Origin: Octopus sinensis
Taxonomy: Eukaryota
Reading direction: 5' to 3'
Length of the DNA stretch: 40,325 bases
Assembly (NCBI RefSeq): GCF_006345805.1
Contig: NW_021831952.1
Location: forward strand, 1 to 40,325
Made by a program: the position numbers and the translations under genes. Below, one piece after another: positions 12,240 to 24,902 of the stretch. The notes under the pieces are model-generated. The model saw only the letters and a program-made list of their open reading frames with translations, was not told where the DNA came from and did not search any database. Position 1 is the first letter of the stretch. The number at the start of each line of letters is the position of its first letter.

Positions 12240-12901
12240 AAATACACACACACGTAAACGTTTACTCACACACACACACCCCACTATACATACATGCATG
12301 CATATACATACACGCAATATTTTGACATACACACAAACACACACACATATACACATCCACAAATACACACACGCATACACACACATCCACAAGTACACAC
12401 ACACACATATACACATCGACAAATACACACACGCACACACATATACACATCCACAAATACACACACGCACACACATATAAACATCCACAAATACACACAC
12501 ACACATATATACACACACACATATATATACACACATACATATATACACACACACACATATATACACACACACACATATATACACACACACACATATACAC
12601 ACATACATATATACACACACATACATATATACACACACACATATATATACACACACATATATATACACACACACACACATATATATACACACACACACAT
12701 ATATATACACACACACATATATATATATACACACACACACATATATATACACACACACATATATATATATACACACACACATATATATATACACACACAC
12801 ACACATATATATATACACACACACACACAAATATACACACACACACACATATATACACGCACATATATATACACACACACATATATATATACACACACAC
12901 A
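12240..12901. repeat. compound (CA)/(TA) micro/minisatellite array
   Basis: Direct reading; ~34-bp units containing catccacaaatac in the first third. Source of the ORFs at 12150-13099. Confidence 0.95.
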
Positions 12902-13435
12902 CTGACACGTATCATCGTGTATAACGTATGTGTATGCATATTGTGATTGAAGTGTCAGTTGGCATTGCCTCTCTTGTTTGCCGGTCAGTAAGTCTGTCAG
13001 TCCATCACATGGTTTTGGTTGTTTATCCTCGGTACACACGCTCCACCAAATATCGATCTGTTCAACCGTCAATCTAAACCTGTCACATCTGTCTGTCATT
13101 TGCTTTCTTTCTTTCTTTCTTTCTTTCTTTTTCTTCTTTCATGTGATTCATAGTCTTACTCATTGTTACCCACTATTACAAAACAGCTCAATGCGAAACT
13201 GCTATGTAGTTATTCGTGCTAGAAATAACAATTAAATAAACCTCAAACCTTATCCTTATTGTCTAAAGCAAAATAAATAAAGAAATATAAAAAAAAAAAA
13301 GTAAAATAAAGAACGATGGTGGAGAACATAACGGTCTGGTGAACGCAATCTCTGAAAAAGTGAAACGAAATTAAGTTATTCTGGTTGAGCCGTCTTTCGT
13401 CATGTCTGCTCAGTCAAAGTTGATCGAGGGTTTAA

Positions 13436-13460
13436 CCCTTTTGTCACCATATTTCAGTTG
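13436..13460 (+). mobile_element. isolated piggyBac-type left end
   Basis: TTAA|cccttttgtcaccatatttcagttg matches the left ends of the next two copies. Confidence 0.6.
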
Positions 13461-13647
13461 TAAACCACTAGAAATTAACAAAATCTGCAAAATAGTGACA
13501 TGAATAATTCATATTGTTTTATAGCCTCGATCGTACTATCCAGCTTTTTAGAAACGCAAAAGCTTTGTATTTCTTTTGGTCAGGTTCTCGTATTGTATTC
13601 TAAGTATTATTTGAATCTACCTAGTATGTAACTGATATTAATCTAAA

Positions 13648-13855
13648 CCCTTTTGTTACCATATTTCTGTTGAGATTCTCTGTGTTTCTTTCAATTAATT
13701 TTTAAATATAACAAAGAATTTAGTAAAATAACTTGGTTATCATTAAGCTAGTGTTAGGAACATAAATTGTGACTAAGGTTTGGTGGAAGATTTTAATTTA
13801 AAACTTTTGAAAAGAAGAGCCAGAAGCAGTTTCAGGTGGGTTGTTATCTAAAGGG
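13648..13855. mobile_element. piggyBac-type MITE, copy 1
   Basis: TAAA|cccttttgttacc...ttatctaaaggg|TTAA. Confidence 0.85.
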
Positions 13856-13888
13856 TTAAGAATTATTTCTCTATTATATATATTTTAA

Positions 13889-14111
13889 CCCTTTTGTTAC
13901 CATATTTCTGTTGAGACGCTCTGTGTTTCTTACAATTAATTTTTAAATATAACAAAGATTTTAGTAAAATAACTTGGTTATCATTAAGCTAGTGTCAAGA
14001 ACATAAATTGTGACTAAGGTTTGGTGGAAGGTTTTAATTCAGAACTTTTGAAAACAAGACATTTGTACTACAGAGCCAGAGGCGGATTAAGTGGGGTTGG
14101 TATCAAAAGGG
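13889..14111. mobile_element. piggyBac-type MITE, copy 2
   Basis: TTAA|cccttttgttacca...tggtatcaaaaggg|TTAA; body closely similar to copy 1. Confidence 0.9.
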
Positions 14112-14174
14112 TTAAACCAGAACTGTGTGTGTGCGTGTGTATGTGTTTGTTTGTGTGTGTGTGTGTGTGTGTAT

Positions 14175-14227
<53 letters not shown>

Positions 14228-14475
14228 CGCATATGCTCATGTTTAGCCAACTCGACTACGATCGAGCTGATTATAGGGGGTCAAAGTTCGATTTGAAGAT
14301 TTGATTACTATGCTTAGCATATCGAACAACCGCGTTGGAGCAACATTATTCTTTCATTTGTGTGATAGTACGTAGATCTAACTGAAAAAAACCCCATCAA
14401 ATGAAGATCAGTTTTAGAAAACAGTAGGTACATCGTTTGTACGCTAGTATCACACCACATACGTTTTTTTTCTAG

Positions 14476-14562
14476 ATTGTTCTACAATGAAGATGAACTT
14501 CTCAGCCTTGCAATATACAAATTTTTTTTAGAAAATACTTATGTTTTCATTCACAGCTACGA
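14476..14562 (+). CDS. candidate 87-nt exon (LFYNEDELLSLAIYKFFLENTYVFIHSY)
   Basis: tttttttctag| acceptor and GA|gtgaat donor, frame-symmetric; no homology recognised. Confidence 0.2.
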
Positions 14563-15863
14563 GTGAATTGCAACTATCTACTAGGATAATAGTGCAGTTC
14601 GGCAAAGAGTGATTATTAATTTTCGATATGCCAATACAAAATGGTTTGAGGGAAAATTATTATTAGATTACTATTCAACACCTATTTAAAAAAAAAATAC
14701 GATATGTTCGGAAGAAAAATGTCTTTGCGCAATGCAGTTGAGAAGTCAGGTAAAATATACAAAGTGATGTCACCAAATGAAAACAAAGAGGAAATATATA
14801 ATTTCCTTAGCTTACATAATTGTTTAAAGATCCTATATTCTCCGATTTTTTTTTTAATATTTGAAAAGGAGAACCTTTCCCGAAATATAACATGTAACGG
14901 CCTATGTAAAGTAATACAATATATTTTGTTTCCAGTTATTGGCATATAATTTGCCTAAATTCTCATCTGCATAATTCAAAAGTTTTTTTTTTCCATTATA
15001 TTTATACAAATTGCAATGCTTCAAGTGAATTACAATACACCTAAAATCTTTTCAGCTTCCCCATTTCGATTTACAACTCCCACTTATAAGAAAATAGCAG
15101 TCTTGTAAAAGTTAACAGCGTTATGTTGATTTTTAAAGATGCTTAAAATTAGCGCAACTAGCCAAAATAGGGATAAATAATGATAATTTCTCAACTTGAT
15201 TTCCCCCTCTAGAATTTCTAAATTTTCAAATAGACGCTTGAAATTTTCTAAGGTTTAAAATTGCGATTGTTGGCGTGATGACAAATCGTTGTCTACTAAT
15301 ACTCCCAGAGTATCGAGGTTAGTTCGACAAGTTTAAAGTATCCTTTTCTAAACTTTCTGAGCACAAATGACAATGCCAATATGATATTGTTCCCGAATAT
15401 CATATTTGATTTAACAGGCTTTTCCATACTGCCAATGGGAATAATCAGTAAAGCAAAAATACCTGTAAAATATTCGGTTCAATTCAGACAAATTGGGTTT
15501 CTTCCTGTCAAAAATTCGTAACACTTTACAATTGTTGTCATTGCTATACTATCGCCGCCGCCACCACCACCACCACCACCACTACCACAACCACAACCAT
15601 AGCCTCTAAAATAGATATGTGGCACATTCTTGGAATACCTGCTTCCACGACATGCTGCTTGTACCTTGATGACAGCAAATAATTAAAGGCTTATTTTTCT
15701 ATGGCAGATGCCAGATGACAACTACAGTTATAACAATCGCAACAGAAGCAAGAAACCCCCCAACCTTTTCTATGACAACAATAACAACAGTAATAGTAAC
15801 AATGAAAGACCATGATGGATGAATGAACACAAAAGTGCTTATATTATATATTATATATATATA

Positions 15864-15903
<40 letters not shown>

Positions 15904-16203
15904 ATTATAAACACATACATATGTCCATATTAACATACGTACTAACAGAACCTAAGATGTCATTAAAAAAGGTAAATTGTTGTTAATGAAAAGTGATGAG
16001 TGGTATTCAAAGAAGTGCTGTACTAGACTTCAAGTATTTCCATTGTATATACAAAGTATCTGGAATGAGCATTTTCTCAATACACAAAAACAAATTAAAA
16101 CTACATCGAGGGAGAGTTTCAACGAAAACTACTTCTGCGGGTTTCCACAATAATGATGATAATAATGATGATGATGATGATGATGATGATGATAATAATA
16201 ATT

Positions 16204-16417
16204 TCTACTATAGGCACAGAGCCTGAAATTTTGGGCGGGGAGTGGCTTGGTCGATTAGATTGACCTCAGTACTCAACTGGTACTTATTTCATCGACCCCG
16301 AAAGGATGAAAGACAAAGTCGACCTCGGAGGAATTTGAACTCAGAACGGAATGACAGACGAAATATTGCTAAGCATTTTTCCTGGCGTGCTAACGATTCT
16401 GCCAAGTTCGCCACCTT
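16204..16417 (-). mobile_element. SINE family A, tail type 2
   Basis: Reverse-complement head and core, flanked by (GAT/AAT)n; a second tail fragment follows at ~16436-16475. Confidence 0.85.
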
Positions 16418-16490
16418 AATAATAATGATAATCCTTTTTACTATAGGAACAAGGGCCTGAATTTTAGGGGACCCAGTACAGTAAAAGTCA

Positions 16491-16495
<5 letters not shown>

Positions 16496-16547
<52 letters not shown>

Positions 16548-16549
16548 GG

Positions 16550-16590
<41 letters not shown>
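16496..16590. repeat. (GA)n microsatellite
   Basis: Direct reading. Confidence 0.95.
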
Positions 16591-16594
<4 letters not shown>

Positions 16595-17129
16595 TCAAGT
16601 TGTTGCTCAGCGTGTTAGAGATAGCAGTCAATCTGAGATCACAGCCTTAAATTACACTAGACCGTCTTAATATTAAATATTACAGTGTTACATTTTTTTT
16701 AAGAAAGAAAGGACGGAATTTTTGACCGGAAAATTTCGATAGCCCTACGTTGATCAAGTTTAATATGTGATTCGTTAAACAATGTAATAGATATCTTATC
16801 GATTAAAGGAATGCAAAATACGAAGCCAATCTTAATATCAGACTAGATGTTTCAAGACAATTTTAGTTCTGCGCTTTGAAGCATCTTCACCCCTTTTTGA
16901 ATTACAATAAAATGGCACAAAACCATTTTTTTAAAAATATGAACACTGGGTATTATTTAACAGACCCAAGCTATTCATATTTATATTTAAGAAATGTGAT
17001 TGAACTGGTAGTCGTAAATCACTTTGTAATGTCCATAGATTGACGAGAGAACTGGTTAAACGAGACAAAAGTAATGTCTGTATGTGTTGTATGTTGATGT
17101 GTGTAAGAGAAGTTTAATGTAATGAATTA

Positions 17130-17549
17130 GTGGCTGTGTGGTAAATAGCTTGTTTACCAACCACATGGTTCCGGGTTCAGTCCCACTGCGTGGCACCTTG
17201 GGCAAGTGTCTTCTGCTATAGCCTCGGGCCGACCAAAGCCCTTGTGAGTGGATTTGGTAGACGGAAACTGAAAGAAGCCCGTCGTATATATGTATATATA
17301 TATATATGTATGTATGCGTGTGTGTGTTTGTGTGTCTGTGTTTGTCCCCCTAGCATTGCTTGACAACCAATGCTGGTGTGTTTATGTCCCCGTTACTTAG
17401 CGGTTCGGCAAAAAGAGACCGATAGAGTAAGTACTGGGCTTACAAAAAGAATAAGTCCCGGGGTCGAGTTGCTCGATTAAAGGCGGTGATCCAGCATGGC
17501 CGCAGTCAAATGACTGAAACAAGTAAAAGAGTAAAAAAGAGTAAGAGTA
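17130..17549 (+). mobile_element. SINE family B, full length, young-looking
   Basis: Runs from gtggctgtgtggtaaatagc to the aagtaaaagagta tail; closely similar to the copies at 28438 and 32137. Confidence 0.95.
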
Positions 17550-18067
17550 ATTTAAAAAAAAAAACAACTAAAACCTACATCCTAATTAAAAAAAAACAAA
17601 ACTAAAACCTACATCCTGCTCCTCTCAGTTTCAATGTCTAAACACTATCCTTCAACTGAACTACCTTGATATGATCTTTTTCATACAAATAAATATCTTG
17701 AACCGAAAAAGATGGCCACAGATAAGAGTAAGGATATTTCTCTGAGCCTTAAAAGAGATAGTCTGTTGTGATTCTTTGATATGGTGCCATACATGGTATG
17801 ATGTCAAGATGTTTAAAAGGGTCCTTTTAAATTTTTTTTTTTGGGGTTTTTGAGCGAACAAAAAATATATAAGTAAAAAAAAACCGAATAAAGATAAAAA
17901 TAAATAAAAAAACTAAATAGAAATAAAATCATAAAGAAGTAACCCCTTGAAGAATGGTCAAAACATTGGATTACTCTGTAAACAATCCTGTTCTCCCTAT
18001 CTCACTCGCGCATCCATTTTCTTTTCCATGTGTTTATTGCTCATACTAAAAGCGCATTGTTTAATGA

Positions 18068-18397
18068 TATGTGTGTATGTATGTGTATGTATGTGTGTGT
18101 CTGTATGTGTATGTATGTGTGTGTCTGTATGTGTATGTATGTGTGTGTCTGTATGTGTATGTATGTGTGTGTCTGTATGTGTATGTGTGTGTCTGTATGT
18201 GTATGTGTGTGTGTCTGTATGTGTCTGTGTGTGTATGTGTGTGTGTCTGTATGTGTCTGTGTGTGTATGTCTGTGTGTGTATGTGTGTGTGTATGTGTGT
18301 GTGTCTGTGTGTGTATGTGTGTGTGTCTGTCTGTATGTGTGTCTGTATGTCTGTCTGTGTGTCTGTCTGTGTGTCTGTCTGTGTGTGTGTCTGTGTG

Positions 18398-18460
<63 letters not shown>

Positions 18461-19078
18461 GTGTCTGTCTGTGTGTCTGTCTGTGTGTCTGTGTGTCTGT
18501 GTGTCTGTGTGTCTGTGTGTCTGTGTGTCTGTCTGTCTGTGTGTCTGTCTGTGTGTCTGTCTGTCTGTGTGTCTGTCTGTCTGTCTGTCTGTGTGTCTGT
18601 CTGTCTGTGTGTCTGTCTGTCTGTCTGTGTGTCTGTCTGGTGTGTGTGTCTGTCTGTGTGTGTGTCTGTCTGGTGTGTGTCTGTCTGTGTGTGTGGTCTG
18701 TCTGTGTGGTGTTGTCTGTGTGTGTTGTGTCTGTCTGTGTGTGTGGTCTGTCTGTGTGTGTGTCTGTCTGTGTGTGTCTGTCTGTGTGTGTGTCTGTCTG
18801 TGTGTGTGTCTGTCTGTGTGTGTGTCTGTCTGTGTGTGTGTCTGTCTGTGTGTGTCTGTCTGTGTGTGTGTCTGTCTGTGTGTGTGTCTGTCTGTGTGTG
18901 TGTCTGTCTGTGTGTGTGTCTGTCTGTGTGTGTGTCTGTCTGTGTGTGTGTCTGTATGTGTGTGTGTCTGTATGTGTGTGTGTCTGTGTGTGTGTGTGTC
19001 TGTGTGTGTGTGTGTCTGTTGTGTGTGTGTGTCTGTGTGTGTGTGTGTGTCTGTGTGTGTGTGTGTCTGTGTGTGTGT

Positions 19079-19115
<37 letters not shown>

Positions 19116-19373
19116 TGTGTGTGTGTCTGTGTGTGTGTGTCTGTGTGTGTGTCTGTGTGTGTTCTGTGTTGTGTCGTGTGGGTGTCTGTGTGTGTGTCTG
19201 TGGTGGTGTCTGTGTGTGTGTGTCTGTGTGTGGGTCTGTGTGTGTGTCTGTGTGTGTGTCTGTGTGTGTGTCTGTGTGTGTGTCTGTGTGTGTGTCTGTG
19301 TGTGTGTCTGTGTGTGTGTCTGTGTGTGTGTCTGTGTGTGTATGTGTGTATGTGTGTATGTATGTATGTATGT
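18068..19373. repeat. 1.3-kb compound (GT)/(GTCT)/(GTAT) array
   Basis: Direct reading; source of the three 430-480 aa C/V/S/L pseudo-ORFs. Confidence 0.97.
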
Positions 19374-19836
19374 AGAGGTAGGGTGTGGAGAGAGATAGAG
19401 AAAGTGAGGTAGTTCAGGTCTGGTACTAATGGAATATCACCACCACCACCACCACCCTGATCAGGATTAAGTGAGATTTGGCGTCAGTCTATTCCGATAA
19501 AACGAATACGATTTTATCGCATCTTCCAAACAAGATCAGTTTACAAAGTGAAACGATGAGTAAATTACTGGTATCAATTGGCTTCTGCTGGATGAAGGAT
19601 TACTCCAGTGGCGAAGAATAGAAGTGTGTGTGTGTGCATGGCTGGGTAAATAAAATAAACAAATGTTTTAATAACGTGGAAGTCAAATCTGAAATGCATT
19701 TTTGTTAGGAAGAGATCGTGGGACTGAATCTGCTTCTTTCGGTATATTACAGGTATTCATTTGATCTTTAACCTTTGGAATGTTAAACTGAAGGTTGGCG
19801 TCGATAATTAAACACAGTCGATAATTAAACAAAGAT

Positions 19837-20069
19837 GGCGGCGAGTTGGCAGAAACGTTAGCACGCCGGGCGAAATGCGTAGCCGTATTTCGTCTGCCGT
19901 TACGTTCTGAGTTCAAATTCCGCCCAGGTCCACTTTGCCTTTCATCCTTTCGGGGTCGATAAATTCAGTACCAGTTACGCTCTGGGGTCGATGTAATCGA
20001 CTTAATCATCCGTTTGTCTGTCCTTGTTTGTCCCCTCTGTGTTTAGCCCCTTGTGGGTAATAAAGAAAC
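19837..20069 (+). mobile_element. SINE family A, tail type 1
   Basis: Full head through gtgggtaataaagaaac; gataattaaacacagt occurs in both flanks (19803 and 20071). Confidence 0.95.
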
Positions 20070-21074
20070 GGATAATTAAACACAGTAAAGGGTGGGGTGG
20101 GGTGGGGGGGGGGAAGAAATTTAACATGGAAAAGAATTTAGATGACTTTATAGTAATTAAATTAAGACTGGACGTAAAACAATTTTATGTATTTTTAAAC
20201 GAGTTATGAATGAAAAATATAAAATGTTTTAAAAGAAAACTTTAAAAGGAAATTTACAAGAAAAAAAATAATTAGCTTTAATCGAGAAAATTGTAAGTAT
20301 TTGGACAATTGAATACAAAGTAAATGACCGAAATGCAAACTCGCGATCAAGAAAGAAGCCAATATCTATTTCACTAGCCTGACTGTTAAACATTACAGCA
20401 ACAACAATAACAACACGGTGCAAGGCAAAGATCTAAGGGAATGCACACATTTGTAAGGACACTGTCAATAACATAACAGACATACGAACAAAAGCTATAC
20501 ACATGGAAAAAAGACGAGAATACTCGAATACTGAGAAACCTAGACGGAAACCTGACAAATCTAATATACTTTAACGACCTCTTAGGTCAGGAGTGACCTC
20601 TGGGGGGAGAAGAGAACAAATAAAGTATAATGTAAAAAAAACGGACAAAGAAAAGAAGCAAAGAGGAAATTAGAAGAAGAAGAAAATGGTGGGGGGAAAA
20701 GAAAAGAACGTTGGAGTCGGTCGGTGGGCGTCGCAGATAGGTAAAAGGGGAAGACAGAACGAAAACTAAGAAAGATATATATATATATATTATATATAAT
20801 ATATATAATATATATATATAAAACCCTACAAAAAATAAGGGGAGAAATGGTATTAGAGTAAGGCGAAACACGTGATTCCGAAGTCGATCTCATTTCATAA
20901 TGGGCAAATGTCTTCCGATATAGCCCCAGGTTAACCATTGTCTTGTGAGTGATATCGATAAACAGTTTGTTAAAAAGCGCCCTACCTTCCGGCTCCCAAC
21001 ACGTGCGTATGAATATATCAACACGTAAGTTCTGATATGTATATATATATTTCTAATAATAATAACAACAATCC

Positions 21075-21275
21075 CCTTCTAAGACTAGAGATACAAGGCC
21101 TGAAATTTGGCAGGAGGGACAAATGGATCACATCGACCCAGGTGCGAACTGGTAATTGGAAAGCATGAAACGCAAAGTCGACCTTGGTGCAATTTAAATT
21201 CAGAACGACAAGGCAGTCGAAATGCCGCTAAGCATTTTTTCTGGCGTGCTAACGATTCTGCCAGCTTACCACCTT
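21075..21275 (-). mobile_element. SINE family A, tail type 2, diverged
   Basis: aggcctgaaattt...caaagtcgacc...ggcgtgctaacgattctgccagc. Confidence 0.8.
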
Positions 21276-21309
21276 CATAACAACAACAACAACAACAACA
21301 ATAATAATA

Positions 21310-21700
21310 CTTTCAAGTATTGGCACAAGGCATGAAATTTTGGAGGAGGGAGTAAGTCGATTACATCGACTTACTGGTACTTTTTTTTTGACCGGGCCCC
21401 GAAACGATGAAAGGCAAAGTCGACTTCGGCGGCGTTTGAACGGGAAGACAGACGAAATACCTATTTCTTTATTACCCTCAAGGGCTAAACACAGAAGGGA
21501 CAAACAGACAGACACAACAAAACGGATTTAGTCGATTATATCGACCCCAGTGTTTAACTGGTACTTATTTTAATCGACCCCGAAAGGATGAAAGGCCAAA
21601 GTCGATCTCGCAGAATTTGAACTCAGAAACACAGCGGCAGACGAAATACCACTTAGCATTTTTCTTGGCGTGCTAACGATTCTGCCAGCACGTCGTCTTA
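21310..21700 (-). mobile_element. SINE family A dimer
   Basis: Head plus unit with tail 1, joined at taaagaaata|ggtatttcgtc (minus strand) to a headless unit with tail 2. Confidence 0.85.
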
Positions 21701-21711
21701 CTAATAATGAT

Positions 21712-22050
21712 GTTCAATTTTGGCACCAGGCCAGCAATATTTGGGTTATATCGACCCCCAGTACGAAACGGTGCTTATTTTATCGACACCGAAAGGATGA
21801 AAAGGAAATTCGAACACGGTAATATTTGAATTCAGGACATAATGAATCGAAAGAAATGCTGCTAAACATTTTATTCGGCGTGCTGGTGTTTCTGCTAAGC
21901 TCACCGACTTCCAAAGTCGACCTCAGCGGAATTTGTTGACTTTGCATTTCGTCGTTTCAGGATCGATAAAATAGATGCGAGCTGAGCACTGGCGTCGGTG
22001 TAATCGATTGGTCCCTTTCTCGTAAATTTCAGGTAGTCCTTAATTTCAAA
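21712..22050. mobile_element. two old SINE family A copies, minus then plus
   Basis: Degenerate cores at 21712-21910 (minus) and ~21930-22050 (plus). Confidence 0.6.
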
Positions 22051-22116
22051 AAAAATGTTAATTTTAGTTATTAAAGCCTGAAATTAAATAAAAGTTTTGT
22101 TTATTTATTTTTTCAG

Positions 22117-22165
22117 TTTTATACGAGTCACAAGAGCAGAAGCAGACTGCAAATTTTCAGCTTTC
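22117..22165 (+). CDS. candidate 49-nt exon
   Basis: ttttgtttatttattttttcag| acceptor and C|gtaaga donor; all three frames open. Confidence 0.3.
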
Positions 22166-22170
22166 GTAAG

Positions 22171-22211
<41 letters not shown>

Positions 22212-22224
22212 TATCCTTTAGCAT

Positions 22225-22410
22225 CTTGCTTGTTTCAGTCATTAGACTGCGACCAGGCTGGGGCATCGTCTTGAAGAATTTTTAGTCGAATGAATCAACC
22301 AAGTATTTAATGTTATACTAAGTCTGGTACATATTCTATCGGTTTCTTTTGCCGAACCGCTTAAATTATGAGGACGTAAACACACCAACACCGGTTGTGA
22401 GAGACAAACA
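22225..22410 (-). mobile_element. SINE family B 3' fragment
   Basis: ttgtttcagtcattagactgcg...ttttgccgaaccgct...cacaccaacaccggttgt. Confidence 0.8.
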
Positions 22411-22994
22411 CAGACACAAAAACCGACATTTTTTTTTACCACAGCAGTTTTGGTGAGAGAAGCAAAAGCCTGATTTCAGCGAAAATTTTACACACGCGCA
22501 TGCGTGTACGCATATACATACGAGTATAATATGTATCAGGTCACTCACGTTATTCTGTACAACGTGTTGCATGGTCGGGTTATCGGTGACTAAAATTAGC
22601 TTCTCCTATCAGACTTGCCTGTTGGGAAGTTTGCGAGAAACCAGATAGGATACACAACAATACTTGTCAAAAAAAAGACGGATGAACTCAACGGTGTATT
22701 TATAACAATGTAGCAATTGTGGGAGGAAAGAAATAGTCGTGATGGTGAACGAGTACACCATAAGACCACCTGAGAGTGACAGAGCCCCTACTTAACTGAG
22801 AAGGATAATTTGTTGTAAATTCAGGGATGGTTCTGCTTCCTACTTGATGAAACCTGTTTTATGAGAAAATTGAGCCAAATACATCGAAGATATTGTCTAA
22901 GAACTGCAAGATTATATATATTATATATATATAATATATATATATATATATTAATATATATATATATATATATATAATATATGTAGCATATATA

Positions 22995-23188
22995 TGAGAG
23001 TGGGGTTTTTTAAAATTCCTGGCCTTGGTTAAAAATAAAAAATTATAGGAGGATCAGTTGATTATAATTTTATTCAACATATTCCTCTCAGATTTACACG
23101 CTTATTTCAGCGGTCCTTCAATTTTCTAAACCGTGTAAAAGAACTCGGAAGACACCCTTAAAGCCAGGATCTTTTTCAGCGTCCCTCG
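22995..23188. mobile_element. Tc1/mariner-type MITE, same family as 11555 in opposite orientation
   Basis: Degenerate TIRs; the body is the reverse complement of the 11555 copy (ttattcaacatattcctctcagatttacac...ggtccttcaattttctaa). Confidence 0.7.
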
Positions 23189-23489
23189 TGTATATGCATG
23201 TACAGAGAGTGAGAGAGAGAGAGGTGGATGGGGAGGGGTAGAGAGATGAAAATTGGGAATATAAACAGACGAAAATCTAAGAATTAAAATGAAAATAAAC
23301 AACACAAAATGGTGAGCAACGAAAACTCGAATCAATTCAAAAGTTGCGAAAATCCCGCCCACTTTTGCAAATTCCAAACTATGATAAATAAACTCAATGG
23401 CAGAAAAAGTTCCCTTTCCATTTTACTTGCTAATTACCATTTTTTTTTTTTTTTCATCTTGATGATTGGACAGAATTGCAGAACAGTAA

Positions 23490-23868
23490 TCTCTCTCTAT
23501 ATAAACGGCAGTTTGTCTGTGCGTGTTTCTGTGTGTCTGTTTGCTTGTACCCTCACCCTGACCACGGCTTTCAACCGATTCTGATGAAACTTGACACACA
23601 CATAGCCTAATGTCATAATTCAAAACTAAAACGCGCGAAAATTTTGAAAAGTTCCCCCAGTTCTGAAAAAATCGATAAATTCGACAGGGGGTCGAGAATC
23701 AGGAACACAAACCACAAACTGTCTAGAGGACGCAACTCCACCTTTTTTAACTATCAAAAAAAAATTACCATATTTTTTTCCATTTTTTGCTATTTTTTGG
23801 CTATAACTCTCAAAAACTTTATAAGTTATTTCCCTTACAAACCTGAGCAACGCGGGCGATACTGCTAG
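23490..23868 (+). mobile_element. non-autonomous Helitron
   Basis: A|TC start (tctctctctatataaa), subterminal hairpin cctgagcaacgcggg, ...ctgCTAG|T end, no TSD. Confidence 0.85.
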
Positions 23869-24680
23869 TTATATCTAAAATTAATTTGGAAAAAATATTA
23901 TTACAGAAATTTACTTGATATTTATTTCGGCCAATTTTGAATAGTAATTAGTTGTGTATGTAATTAGTCTTTCCTACGTCCTGCATATGTGCATGTAAAT
24001 TCTTCTTTCAATTAATTTAGGTTAAATTTAAAACGAAGCCAGTATGTGTGTGTAACAGTTATGAAAACCTCGACCTTGTATTTATTTACCTTTTACGTAA
24101 TTGTTGTCCCAACCTCACGTCCACAGAGTAGTACTAGATTTTACATTATAAAGCTATTATAAACTAAACAAATTTGTAGCAAACCTTTGTTTTGAGACTA
24201 GTGACAGAAAAAAAAAAATCAATGTTGATACACCTGTGAATATTATTAAATTCATTGATTATTTCTCGTTGTCCTCATTTTGCAGACAAAAACATGATGT
24301 TCTCTTTTTTTTTATGAGCCCTTCTAAATAAAACATGAAGCAAAGAGTTGACTTCGCACACACACACACACACACTCACGAATAATTGCAACAAAACAGA
24401 AAGTTCTTGGTTCGAGCAAAGTGATTAGCGAGCGGGCTCAAAGTCCACTCAGATTTAGAGCAATATCTTACCAATTACAGGTAAATATAAAGATAAAATT
24501 GAAAATATATAAACCAGAGCACATACTGAAGTAAACTTATGCTTTACACATTCAATTTAATAATGTGGGGCATGTTTATTTCCAAACGTCCCTTCATATT
24601 AGACGCACTTTTATATACACGAGAGAAAATATTACTCACGGGTGGTTTTCTCGTAACTTAGATATGCAATTTCGATATAT

Positions 24681-24793
24681 ATCATCCTCATCATGGTTTA
24701 GCGTCCGCTTTCCATGCTAGCTGGGTGCTTTTAACGTGCCACCGGCCACAGGTGCCAGACGAGTCTGGCAAACGGCCACGATCGGATGGTGCT
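24681..24793 (-). mobile_element. internally deleted non-LTR (RTE-like) 3' end with (GAT)n tail
   Basis: Minus strand ctagcatggaaagcggacgctaaaccatgatgaggatgat; family assignment is from recall only. Confidence 0.45.
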
Positions 24794-24902
24794 TTATATA
24801 TATATATATATTATATATATATATATTATATATTATATATATATATATATATATCAGAAATATTAAATTTCTAAATGTCTCAAAGACATGAGCGGTGGTG
24901 GA

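Noticed and set aside
12150-13099. ORFs of 200-270 aa (CVYI- or HTYI-rich)
   Set aside because: Translations of the CA/TA array on both strands.
17947-19412. ORFs of 483, 460 and 434 aa rich in C/V/S/L
   Set aside because: Translations of a GT/GTCT array that cannot contain stop codons; open in all three frames.
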